Below, piece after piece: positions 13,014 through 24,900 of a DNA stretch of 64,000 nucleotides. The notes under the pieces were generated by a model. It saw only the letters and a list, made by a program, of their open reading frames with translations, had not been told where the DNA came from and did not search any database. The DNA comes from Vicugna vicugna. Lineage: Eukaryota. The stretch's first letter is position 1; each line of letters starts with the position of its first letter. The DNA lies in the NCBI GenBank assembly GCA_013265495.1, contig MU058636.1, positions 1,922,001 through 1,986,000 on the forward strand, written 5' to 3'. The translations under genes and the position numbers were made by a program.

Positions 13014-13135
13014 GTAGGGTATAACTTAGAGGTAGAGTGGGTGTTTAGCATGCAAAAGTCCTGGGTTCAATCCCCAGGACTTCTACTTAAATAAGTAAAT
13101 AAATAAACCAAGTTACTCCTCCCCCAAAATAAAAT
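13014..13135 (+). mobile_element. tRNA-derived SINE (Vic-1-like, longer form)
   Basis: GGGTATAACTTAGAGGTAGAG...GTCCTGGGTTCAATCCCCAG...AAATAAATAAACC...CTCCCCCAAAATAAAA. Confidence 0.75.
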
Positions 13136-14461
13136 GGTTAATTTAAAAATAAATAAAAACGGATTTTTACGTTTTCCAAGAGTTGTAAGTTTACTTATCT
13201 GACAAGAGAATCTCAGACCAGCTGTGATAGGTGCTTAGAATCACAGGTTATAGAGTTGGCTCCAGGAGTTGAGAACCTGGGTGCATCTTTCAGAATAATT
13301 CACTCAGGCCAGTCTCTGTTTGGCTGATCACTTCTTCAAACTATGTTTTTGGTTTTTTTGGTTTAAATTAAAATCCGGTACACTCTGTACTCCTCTTGAC
13401 CACTGCCACCCTTCTCTAACTGTAGCTTCTTACACAACTTTTTGTTTCCTGAATCAAGTTGCACCCCCATCTAGTTACTCTCTTCATTTCTTTGCTTCTC
13501 TCCATCCAGCCGTTATGAAGTTGTACGCCCATCCAACCATCCACCCTGGAAGAATATTCACACCATTGCCGCCAACAACTTTGATCAAGGTCTACCAGTC
13601 CATTGTCATGGTTACACCTTGAAAATCCTCTACCTCTGAAAACTTAAATTTCAATATACCAATCCTTCCAATCCTTCCCTGGTCTGCACCTCATTCACGT
13701 CTGATTAGATTTTTGTGATTAAAAATATGCTGGGGTTAGTCTGGAAGGTGAGCTTCAGTAGAACTTTAAAGGAAGGAAAGGGAAGAATATGGTTTGACAG
13801 AAAGAAATATAAGGGCTCTGTCATCAATCCAAATGATTGCTATGTGCTGGCCCTGTAGGGAGAAGATCCCTGGATGAGTCTGGTCACAAAGGAAAACTCC
13901 TGTCAGGGTGTATAGTGAGAGCAGAGTTAGTTACATGGAAGGAGGGGAAGCAATTTTATTTGAGCACTTTAATCTGAAATGGGGATTGGGTGTCATTCTC
14001 AAAGCAGCACGTTTTTGTGCCCTGGAAAGGCAGCAGAAATACTTAAACCTTGCCAATAACATGGAGGAGTCTTGGGGGGGACTAATTTTACTTGCCTATG
14101 AGCAAAACCACTCCTGGGCACCTCTGGCTGTTGATTTTTAAAATACAAGTTTCAGAGAATTTTAATGATGCTATTAAGACTTTAGGGGATGGGCCATATT
14201 TTATATACTTTGGGATTTTTTTTCTCGTTAATCATAAGCATAAGTCCAAAAATCCCAGTGTTTCAGCAAATAGTCACCAAATGTCTACAATATTATATAC
14301 ACAGGTATCAAAAACATTTGATTACTTCGGCAGATTTATGGTTAACGATGACAAAAGAGTCACTGTAACTAAAGACTTTCCTTGAAATCGGTCTCAGTTA
14401 TTCAAAGGATCATTAACCAGTTTTGATTAAAGTTCAAATGGCTCACAACTAACGTGCTCCA

Positions 14462-14998
14462 TGTAGGCAGCCTTTAAGATGGTCCCAAGGGTCATCCCAC
14501 CTCCTGGTACTCATGTCCTTGTGTAATAACCTCCCCTGAAGGTAGGCCAGACCTAATGACTCACTTCTAACACACAGAAAATGGCAGAAGTGACTGGATG
14601 CTGTTGGGAGATGAGGCTACAGGATGGGTGAGGCTTGCATCTTGCCTGTCCTCTCTCCTCTCTCATTCGTGCTTGAGGGAAGTCGGCCACCCTGTTGTAA
14701 GCTGCCCCGTGGAGAGGCCCAGCAGCAAGGAACCAAGGGCTGGGCCAACAGCCAGTGAGGACAGCGGGAGGCCTGTCAGCAGCCGCACAATGTGAATTCA
14801 GAAGGCGATTCTCCCTGAGTCAAGTCTAGAGTGGCCTGCAGCCCCGGCTTGACGCAGCCAGTGGGAGACTAAGCCAGAGGAGCCGACCTGGCCAAGCCCA
14901 GATTCCTGGCCTTGGAGGCCAGGAGATAGCAGCTGTTCCTTGTTCTAGGCTGCTAAATTTGGGGGTAAACGGTTAAGCAGCAATAGATAACTAATACA
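14462..14998 (+). mobile_element. MLT1F-like solo LTR
   Basis: Starts TGTAGGCAGCCTTTAAGATGG, ends GCAGCAATAGATAACTAATACA (TG...CA LTR ends of MLT1 type). Confidence 0.85.
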
Positions 14999-15421
14999 CC
15001 CGCCTTTCTTAGGGAATTGAAAAATGCCTGGGACTTTGTCAAGCAGGAAATTATTAAATTCTCCAAAAGGAGAAGTTGAAGTGGGTTTGAAAATAAAAAA
15101 TAGTGAGAACTTATTAGAAATTTACTAGAATTTACTAGTAATCGTATATAAAAATTATATTTTTATTCTATCATCAATTTAAAGTTTCCCTTGGGCTGCC
15201 CTTTTATAGGAGGATGAATGCATTCGTGTTGTTCCATCCACATTTCCATCTTTAGGTCCAATAGCCTGTATCTGTGTACTGGGTGGGATGTCTGGTGTGA
15301 CTGATGGCTGAAAAAGCTGATGAGAGCAAATGGCTCCGGCTAACTGAAACTGAAGTGGTTGCTTTCTTGAGATCAAGGAACAGAGGAAATCATCTTTGAC
15401 TCTACCTTAGAGGTCTCTAGC

Positions 15422-15936
15422 ACAGAGTCATCCAACAGAAATATGATGCAAGCCACGTATGTAATTTGAAATTTCCTAGTAGCCACACTTTAAAAGAAAA
15501 ATAAACAGGTGAAATTAATTTTAATAATGTATTTTATTTAGCCCCAAATATCAAAGATATTATCATTTCAGTATGTAATCAAGATAAAAATTAATTAGCT
15601 ATTTCAGTGGGTTTTTTTGGTGTGTGTGTACAAAATCCAGTGTGTATTTTACAGTTACGGTATATCTCAACTTGGATGCTAAATTTATATTTATAAATAC
15701 TTGAACTGTATTTGCATTTCATAAAATTTAGAATTGAAAAAGTCGATTTATGTACCGAAGTTGTTTCAAACATACTTAAAAGTTTTCCGATAACTGAATT
15801 GAATATCAATTCTTAAAAACAAATTGATTAAAATTAAACACATACATTTAAAAATTTAATTCCTCGATTGCACTGATCATCTTTTAAGTGCTCAGCAGTG
15901 ACAAGTGACTGGTGGGCATCATACTTCACAGCATAG
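15422..15936. mobile_element. hAT-Charlie element (MER33/Charlie5-like)
   Basis: TCCAACAGAAATATGATGCAAGCCACGTATGTAATTTGAAATTTCCTAGTAGCCACA...AACAGGTGAAATTAATTTTAATAAT resembles the MER33 consensus. Confidence 0.75.
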
Positions 15937-16841
15937 CTCTGGTGTAGAGTCCACATTCAATAAATAGTTGCTGGGTGAATTAATTTTGCAACAATATTTC
16001 ACCAATTAAATTAGCCATGAATTAAAGCAAAAGACTGCCTGAGATTTCTTCCAGAAAAAGAATTGTTAGGAATAATTATCTGTTTGTAACAATCAGAGTA
16101 TTTTCAGTTTTATGTGGTTTTACTTATATTAATACCTGCAGACTGACTGACTGATCTGCACAGTGAAATTTGAAATCTGAGTCATCAGAGAGTCCCTCTG
16201 AAATGTTTAACTTCTTTGATGACACTCATTTATTTGTATTTTTGACTCATGTGATAATTTGGGAGATATAAAATTGGGAGTCATTAGTCTGTGGATGGTA
16301 TTTAAGCCATGGGACTGCTGAGTGAGGTCACCTAGGGAGACAGTCCAGAGGGAGGAGCAAAGAGAGCCCAGAACATAGGATGCCCAAGTGTATTCGCATA
16401 GTCTACGAGAAACCAGTCTTCTGAATAGTGGACTATAGCAGTGGGCAGGTTTCACTTTCCATTGGTTCATAATTTCATTCATTCATTCATTCTTTTATGT
16501 AGATCTATCACTTTCTAAGTCCTGGGTATTTTTTCCCTTGTCAGAGCCAAAGGGAGGATCCACGTTTGGGGGCAACCTAAATCATGTGTAATTTGGGGAA
16601 CATTCTTTAAAAAAAATGCAACTTTACAAATGTCTATCAAATTAGACACAAAAGTAAATATTTATTTAGAATTGGAAAAGATCTTCCTACAAATGATAGA
16701 TTTTAAAAAGTTGACAAATACCAGAGATGTCACAAAATCAAGGCAATTTTATCTCCATTTAAAAATTATTTTAATTAATAATTAACAGCCTAACATATGT
16801 GTATATTAATTTTTCCTACCTTTTCTGGCTGTATAATTTTT

Positions 16842-16922
16842 TAAATTGAACTATAGTTGATTTACAATGTTGTGTTAGTTTCTGGTGCATAGCAAAGCGA
16901 ATCAGTTATACATATATATATT
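16842..16922 (-). mobile_element. 5'-truncated cetartiodactyl-type L1 3' end
   Basis: TTGAACTATAGTTGATTTACAATGTTGTGTTAGTTTCTGGTG...; diverged TSD TGGCTGTATAATTTTT / TGGCTGCATGATTTTT. Confidence 0.75.
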
Positions 16923-17443
16923 TGGCTGCATGATTTTTGATTATCTCTTTTCATGGCATTGCTTTTAGAAAATCATGTTCTATAGAGAGAATAGAAAGAG
17001 AATTGAGTCTTTTATAAAACAATCAAATCTTTTTTATTACTAGTTTAAAATTTCTGCATCACAATTCATGAGGTTATGCCATGTCAGTTTTTAGAACCAT
17101 TGTCAAACTTGGGAAAATCTCAATGAAATTTTTTCGCATATGAGCAGTAAGATTTCAGTGCCATTTCCCTGCCTTGGTCCCAGTTTTGCATGCCATCTTG
17201 TTTAGAACCACCAGACTTTGTCATGAAAGGATGTATAAGATATATATTAAGAATCAATTCAATCATAGAAGCATAAAACATATAACTTCACACGAGACAT
17301 GCTTGCCATCTGTAATACTGCTATAGGCTTTGTCCAGCAAACACAGGGATTCTGACAAATTCTATTTTGGGTCACTCCCATTTTTAAAAAAAATGAATGA
17401 GTTGTTTACACTTGTGTAAGTTGCCCAAAAGGAGAAGACTTCC

Positions 17444-17540
17444 TTTTTTGTTTTCTTTTTAAATGGAGGTACTGGGGATTGAACCCAGGACCTTGTGCAT
17501 ACTAAGCATGTACTCTACCACTAAGCTCTACCCTCTCACC
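17444..17540 (-). mobile_element. Vic-1-like SINE with TSD
   Basis: Poly-T, then GGAGGTACTGGGGATTGAACCCAGGACC...CTCTACCACTAAGCT; exact TSD AGAAGACTTCC at 17433-17443 and 17541-17551. Confidence 0.9.
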
Positions 17541-19162
17541 AGAAGACTTCCATTTTCACTAGGTGTTGATGAGAAGCAAAGCCTCCAGTTTACAATCTCA
17601 CATGTTTGATGGCTGGAGGAATTTTCTACAGATTAGGCTCCAGATTTGCACATTTTCAATCTTGTTTCTCCTCCATGACCTGGATACTGCATGCTCTGTA
17701 AAGCAATGCAACCTCTGGTCCTAGATCTTTGTGTCATGGATCATGGCGAGCTGGCGTTGGGAAGTAGGGGTGCTCTTGGGAGCCATTCCTATTACATGGA
17801 TGACGATCAATGACTTTATTATACGTGGAAGTGACTATGAATCCCATAAATATACCCCACTTACACCTAAATTACATAAATATATCACCAACATAACCCA
17901 ACACAAGGGGAAGTCTCAATGGAAAGAGACAATTGTTGTAGCACTTGTGATTAAAATATATCACTTTTGAAAATTATATAAATACATGTGGCCATGGGAA
18001 CACATTGTTGGGCCCCTCCCAAAGCCTTAGCAGGGCCCTTTGGAAGTTCTACCTCATTAGTTTCACAGTAAAACTACCTCTGGTTGGAGCATGAAATCTT
18101 CAAATACAGAGATGTGAATGCTTACAACTCGATTCCTCTTTTATCCTCTCCTTGCTGGCAGAACAGTTATTTCCCTCTCCTGACACCCTCCTGTCAGCTA
18201 GTCTTAGGGAAATCTCAAGGTAGTGGTTTGAGTTGCTGCTCTGGAGGTACTGATGGCCAGTATTCTTTTTTTCTTTCCTAGCATGTGCATACTGAGAAGA
18301 ACCATTTTTGCTCCCGAGTATAGGTTTTTCTCTTACAAACCTTGACTTTTAAAAATTGCCATTTATTATTAATGGTACCAGATTAAATAATTCAATAAGC
18401 ATTTACTTTTTGCCCAGAATGATTATTAAGTGTACATAATCCTACTAGAATTGTATGCTGAGGAGACAACAGTTCTAGCTGTATGCATTAGCTTTTAAGA
18501 AAAATTTGAGCCCACAAATGCTGGCAAGTGTCTTGTATATGACTATCAAAATCGATATCCTCTAAGAATCTTCCCTTGCACATATGCTTAATTCAAATCT
18601 CAGGGGCAGTAAAAACCCACAATTAACTATTCCTCTAACATTAGTTACCACAACTATGTCTCTACTTTGATGATTCTTTACTTTTGAAAATGATAATCAA
18701 ATTTAAAAACTACTCTCTAGCATGAGAATACCTTTAATGAGGAATTATATCTTCTGTGTAGTATGCTCAACTTTCCTTGACACACTATGAATTTTTGGCC
18801 TAGACAAAAATCACCTAATTATACACACCTGACTACAGAGCAGTTACCCCTACCTGAGAGAGAGAGAACAGAGAAGGGAAAGTGGAGACAGGTGGAATGG
18901 GAGGGATGTATTTGGGGAAAAGGAATAACAATGTTCATTCTGCTGGAGAGATAGTATGGGGTACTGAAAACAGAGCAGAGCTCTCAAATTTAGGTGGTCT
19001 AGGTTGAACATGGCTCTCTGAACTTAGCTGTATGATCTTAGGTTAATTATTTAACTATTCTTAGCTTCATTTTCTTTTGAAAATAAGGGAAAATATTTGA
19101 GAGGATTCTTGGTGAATTTGATGGGATGGTAGTGGGAAATCTTCATTAATACTTAAAAATTG

Positions 19163-19273
19163 TTTCAAAAAGATGCATGAACTTCAATGTTCACAGAAGC
19201 TCTATTTACAATAGCCAAGGCATGGAAGCAACCTAAATGTCCATCAACAGATGACTGGATAAAGAAGATATGG
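19163..19273 (+). mobile_element. Younger L1 ORF2-end fragment
   Basis: CTATTTACAATAGCCAAGGCATGGAAGCAACCTAAATGTCCATCAACAGATGACTGGATAAAGAAGATATGG. Confidence 0.85.
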
Positions 19274-19339
19274 TGTGTGTATGTGTGTATATATATATAT
19301 ACATATATATATACACACATGCACACATATATATACACA
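19274..19339. repeat. Compound (TG)/(TA)/(CA) microsatellite
   Basis: Directly visible. Confidence 0.9.
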
Positions 19340-19344
19340 TTTTT

Positions 19345-20930
19345 TTCTAGTATTGGCCCACAATAAACAATGTTTCTAGGAATAATGTACATGCCTTTTG
19401 ATGCACATGTATGCATTTCTATTGGGAATTCACCAGGGGGTTGAATTTCTGTGTCTGCTTATGTCTAATTTAATAGATATTGCCAAACTGTTTCCCAATG
19501 TAGTTGTAACAATTTTAACTTCCAGTGGCAGTATATAAAGATTTCAGCTACTCTACAATTCTTGATAATAACACTTGGTATTATCACTTAAAAAATTTTA
19601 GCCATTTTGTCAGCTATGTTGTTAGTATTCATTTTTGTTTTAATTTTCATTTTGATTATTAATGACATTGAAAAATCTTTTCATATGCTTATTGGTCTTT
19701 TGCATGTCATCTTTTGAAAAGTGCTTTTCAAGTCTCTTGCTAATTTTTCTATTGGGTTGTTTATCATTGTCTTATTGATTGGAGGAGCTCTTTATATATT
19801 ATGTTTACAAGCCCTTTATTGGTTATACATGTTATAATATTTTATCCCACTCCCATTTTTCACTTTAAAGATTAAGATGTTAATTTTAATGTATTTTTCA
19901 TGCTTTTCCCTTTTGTTAATGTCTTATGTCTTGTTCATGAAATCTTTGCTACATCAGGGTCATGAAGATAGTCTACCATGTTATTTTTAAGAAGCTTTAT
20001 GGCTTTAATTTTAAATCTGTAATCTACCTTAAGTTTATTTTTCTAAGTGGTGTGAAGTGGTTCACATTTCTTTTCTCCCCCCCTATATATAGATATTTAA
20101 TCAAACCAGCATCACTTATTGAAAAGACAACAGTTTCTTCACTGATCTGTAGTGAACAGTCTCTCTCTCTCTCTCTCACACACATACACACATTCTATTT
20201 GGGTTTAACTAAGATTGTACGAAATTTGTATAGTAATTTGGGGAGAATTGATATCTTTTTAATATTTCCAATCTGTGAACCTGCTATGTCTACATATTTA
20301 GATATTTTTAATAATAATTCATGTTTTTCTAACTGGCTTTATGGTTCTATGTTTCGAGGTCTTCCACACATTTTATTAGAATTGTTTCTAGGTATGGCAG
20401 TATAAATTATATCATTTTTAAAATTTCAGTTTTCTAATTTTTGCTGGTACACAGAAATACAACTGAATTGTGCATGTTGATCTTGTATTGACAATCAAAA
20501 ATTGTGTATCAATGATACACATACATAATTTCTGCAGCTCTTTTGTTTTATCTCTTCCTTTCCAATCCTTAATTCTTTTTTTCTCTCCCTTTTTATATTG
20601 GTTAGAATCTCTGGTACCATGTTAGTGTAAGTGGTTATAATGGGCATCCAATGTTCTAATTTCCAAAGGAAAACTTCCAACATCTCACCATTAAATATGC
20701 TATTTGCTATAGGATTTATTTTTTAATAGATACCATTTATTAGGTTAAATATGCTCTTTCCCATTACTAGTTTGCTATGGGTTTTTTTTTTAATATCATG
20801 GGCATTCAAAAACATTTCATAAAATGTTTTTTTCTGTGACTATTAAGATGATTTTTCTCTTTAATTCTGTTAATATGGTAGAATACATTGATTTTCAACT
20901 ATTAAACCACCCTTTCATTCCTGAATACAC
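19345..20930 (-). mobile_element. Old L1M fragment(s), antisense
   Basis: T-rich L1 antisense motifs: GATATTGCCAAACTGTTTCCCAA, TTTTCATATGCTTATTGG, AATTTGGGGAGAATTGATATC, CACCATTAAATATG. Confidence 0.8.
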
Positions 20931-20939
20931 TCATCTTTT

Positions 20940-21998
20940 ATTATCAGGGATTATTCAGGATCAGCAGAGAACTGCAGTTTGGGGTCTGCACCCATGGCGG
21001 GCCACGTGGAAGTAACATAAAGCTATGGCCACGTGACTAAGTTATAGAAACAAGGGTTGAAGTAGCTATTTCTTGTTTTGATTTGAATATATTTGTGCAT
21101 ATTAAACAACTCTTTCCTCTCCTCTGCCATTCCCCTGCCATTTAACATGACTTGTGTTAAAATATTTAATAACAGTAATTAACCTTATAACATAGTATTT
21201 AAGTTACAGGCTATTAGAAGAGTGTGATTCAGCTGGGAGTGAGTATCACCTAAAGATGGACAAGGAAATTTTGTATCCTCTTTTGGGGATAGAATTGCTT
21301 GCTTTAAGTTTATGAAGGTTAGTTGATCATCTAAGCTGGAAGCATGACTCTACTACTATTTTTATTTTTATTTTAAGGATGTTTAAAGAAAAAGCATGCA
21401 GACACCAAGTTGATAAATCATGGACTGTGGTGGTTTCTGTACTGTCAAATTAGTCAAACTGGAACTTGTATTTAGCAGAATTTATTTCCCAGTATGGTTT
21501 CCATTAGTACTGACCACAAGAGGAGTTTGTGTGTGACCCAGAGGGTGAAGATGAAGAGCCGCCGGGGCAGGGCACCAGGCACTGTGGCCGCCTGCCCACG
21601 GGTTACCATGTGCGAGCTGGCCTTCCTGGTGCGGGGAAGCGCTGGGGCCTGAAGTTCCTTCAGCTTCTTCTTTCAGCTTTTCTGATTCCTGGGCCAAGTG
21701 CACGTGCAGTGCCACAACGACCACAGAGGTCAGTGAGAAACGGATCGGGTTCCAGTTTGTCCTCGGGAATCCTGGGTGCCCTTTTCGGCTCCAGGTTGGC
21801 CCTGCTCTTGTTCACGTCCAGCGGTCCTTCCACACTGTTGGTTAGGATGACCCCTGGTGGTTCAGCTCTGCACCTGATGCAGACGCCGGCACTGCAGGGA
21901 CCCCCCGCCGCCAAGTCGTGGGCCCTCTGATCTCTGTAACAGGCCCCTTGTTCTTTATTGCTCATAGTGCTTGTGCGTCTTTAATGGAATCCTGATAC
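20940..21998 (+). mobile_element. ERVL internal 3' end plus 3' LTR (MLT2/LTR41-like)
   Basis: CACCAAGTTGATAAATCATGGACTGTGGTGGTT at ~21403-21435 resembles the ERVL PPT/LTR junction (GCCAAGTTGACAAGGGGTGGACT-TGTGATGGTT); the LTR ends ...CCTGATACA. Confidence 0.6.
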
Positions 21999-24900
21999 AC
22001 ATACAGCTTTCTTCTTTTCTTCCTAATCCAAACTGAAAGTCTTTGTCGTTTTATTTTCCATCAACCTTATTTCCACGTTCTGTTTAAGAGCCTGGGGAAG
22101 AACAGCTGAGACCCCTCAGGGGTGGTTCCTACCCCTTTGGTGGCCTGAGCAACTAACTCTAATGAGATGGTTTCAGTTCAGGAGAGAAAGATCACAGAAC
22201 ACGGGAGTTTAGAGAGCCTAAGCTGACTCATTTTGGGGCAAGTCATAGAACTTTATAGATCTTTTCAAAGTCTCAGAAGCCCAATATTAACATAATATCC
22301 TCATTTTAACTGTTTCACAGGATAGTTGGGAGGAGAAGTAAAAAACATGCCTAGCTGCTTTTGTAAGCTGTGAAACATTATGGAATTTGAAGCATCATTA
22401 CAGCAATTGCCAACATCATCATCATATAAGTTAAGGGATGCATGAGAGAGACAGAGAGCTAAAAGAAATAATATTAAAGGTAATAAAAGTTATTAAGAAG
22501 TAGAATGCCTTCTATACAGAGAGGTGGTTAAAATTATTTTTCAAATAAAAACTTTGTCTACTTAGTGGCAGAGAGATTATTTTCTCCATGAGGTTCTCAT
22601 TATATCATTGAATCCTCAGGACAGTCCCATCAAGTAAGGATTATTTCCATTTAAAAAATTAAGAAACTGAAGCTAAGAGAGGTTAAGAGATTTGCTAAAA
22701 GCCACAAGGGTATAATGCAGTAAAAATTAGGTTTCAAATTAGTTATTTTAATTCCAAATCCAGTGTTCTTTTTTGTCTCATTAACATTATATTTCATGTT
22801 CACCATACAAGCTTAAAGCTCAGAGGATAACTTGTGAATTGTCTGGAATTATAATAACTGAATTACCTGAAATGTTATTTCACAAATATTTCTGCAAGGC
22901 CTACCAAGCAGGTGGCACTGAGTGGCAGAGGCAGAGGAAACATTAGCGAGGGGCTAAAAAGGCAGGAAAAACAAGAAAAAGAGGTGATTGGAAGCCAGGA
23001 GAGAGGAGTGCTGTGAAAATGGTTAATGCCATTGAGTATCACAGAGGAAATATAAAATGGCTGAAAAGTATGTAATAAATTTGCTAGCTATTATCAGTGG
23101 TGGCTCCTGTAAAAAAAATATTTTAACATAGGAAAGGCAAATGTCAGATTAATCTTGATTAAGGGATGAATGGGAGATGAAGAGACTGGCTATGAATGGA
23201 TGATTCAAATAAACTGCCCGTGAAGACAAGGCAAAAGAGGGAAACCAATGGGAATTTTTAAAATAAAATTTTAATTACAAAAGCAGGCATACCTTCTTCT
23301 AAAGTCTGAAACATTACAAATGAAATCCTCTTTGATCACTACTCCCGACCCCCATCTTGTTAGCAATTTAATGTTTATCCTTCCAGTCTTTTCTGTATAC
23401 ATTTATATATATTCTTACAGGAAATATTTTAATGGTTTTACAGAAAAGGTGCTATATTCCACATATTTATCTGCATCGTGCCTTTTTCATTCAACAATAG
23501 GTCTTCAAGGATCATGGTACGTATAGACCCATCTATGAACATGGAGGTTATTTCCAATTTCGCTATTATCAACAATGCCTCGAATGCGCACTGGGTGTAT
23601 GCCTCTTTGAGCACTAAAGTGCTTTTCTAGGGGAGATACCAAGAGCGGCACGGCTGGGACTAGGGTATGGATGTTTAACAGTTTTATAAGTATTGCCCAT
23701 TGCCCTCCAATGTGGCTGTTATCAGTCAGCCTGCTTACTAGCAGTGTTTGTTTCTGGGACTTTTAAAAACAGAACAAAAACACTTTTGTTTCTGATAACA
23801 AGAGGTTCACAACAGGAAGGAATAAAGGTCTTAAAAATTATTTAAATTTACATATCCATATACTAAGAAGAGGGTCAGAAAAGAGAAGATATTGGATGGG
23901 GAATGACAAGATTCCTAAGGAAATGTCAGAGGAGGTTTGGAGCAAAAGGACTGTCCCAGGTGGAAGGAGCCCCTGTTCTGATGAGCTGAGGTAGTATTTC
24001 CTTTTTACGGCTGGACAGAAATAGAAAGCAGGGTAGCATGGTCAGGATGGCAAACTGAAGAATGTGGACAAATTTTAAAACAGAGGGAAAATCAGAAAGC
24101 AGATGACTTGGACAGTGTTTCTCAAAGTATAAAGTGTTCTGAAAAAAGTCGTAAAAATTTTGGTTAACTCTGCATATTAAGTCCCGCTTTTAGGGAATTA
24201 TAACATATCAACACATTAAAAGCTCTGAAAAAGACCTGAAGTAAAGTTGCTTAACTCAGTTTCCCAAAGTTTTGCAACAACAGAACTTTTTTCTTTGTGT
24301 AATACTGATTAATATACTCTTAAACCAGACTTCCATGAAATATACTTTGAGAAACACTCGACTAGTGAAAATTGAAAGAAATGACCAAGTGTTCAGCTTA
24401 TCTTCATAAAATTTATTTGAAAACAAAATGAAATAAAAAATACAGAGACCACTGTAACAAACATCCGTGTACTCCTCAGCATTAAAAGGTTTAGATTACA
24501 CTACAAATTTAACGTTTATTTTTCTATTACAGAAATAATATATGTTCACGATACAAATCTGGGAAATAAAGGAAAAGTAGGAAGAATGTACTCTGTCATC
24601 TTACCACTGTCTTAAAACCACTGCTAATGTTTTAAGGCAGTTACTTTAACCTTTATTTCTATTAGAGTTTTACTGTTTACACCATTACAATAAAACAGCA
24701 TGTGCAATTTTGTATCATGTTAAATATTCACACTGTATCATAAACACTGTTGCACAATTCATGGCTTTTTAATGGCTGCATAATATTCAACATGGACAGT
24801 TTACTATTTAACCATTCCCATTTTAGAATTCAGGTTGTTTTCAACTTCTCTTTTTTAGCTTTCATATGTAAAATTGCAGCACAAAACTTGTTATTTAAGG

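Larger units (their letters stand above)
16548..18082. mobile_element. ~1.5 kb hAT element with MER53-like termini, carrying nested L1 and SINE insertions
   Basis: Left end GGAGGATCCACGTTT... and right end ...CATTAGTTTCACAGTAAAACTACCTCTG resemble the two MER53 ends; candidate 8-bp TSD GTCAGAGC (16540-16547) / GTTGGAGC (18083-18090), 6/8 identical. Confidence 0.6.

Noticed and set aside
21482..21965. ORFs of 80-133 aa in the GC-rich LTR
   Set aside because: No recognisable protein motif; explained by local GC content.
22905..22918. CTCF-like CAAGCAGGTGGCAC between FLT3 and PAN3
   Set aside because: Lacks the strongly conserved second C and sits in what looks like an L2 3'-end remnant; unsupported without ChIP data.
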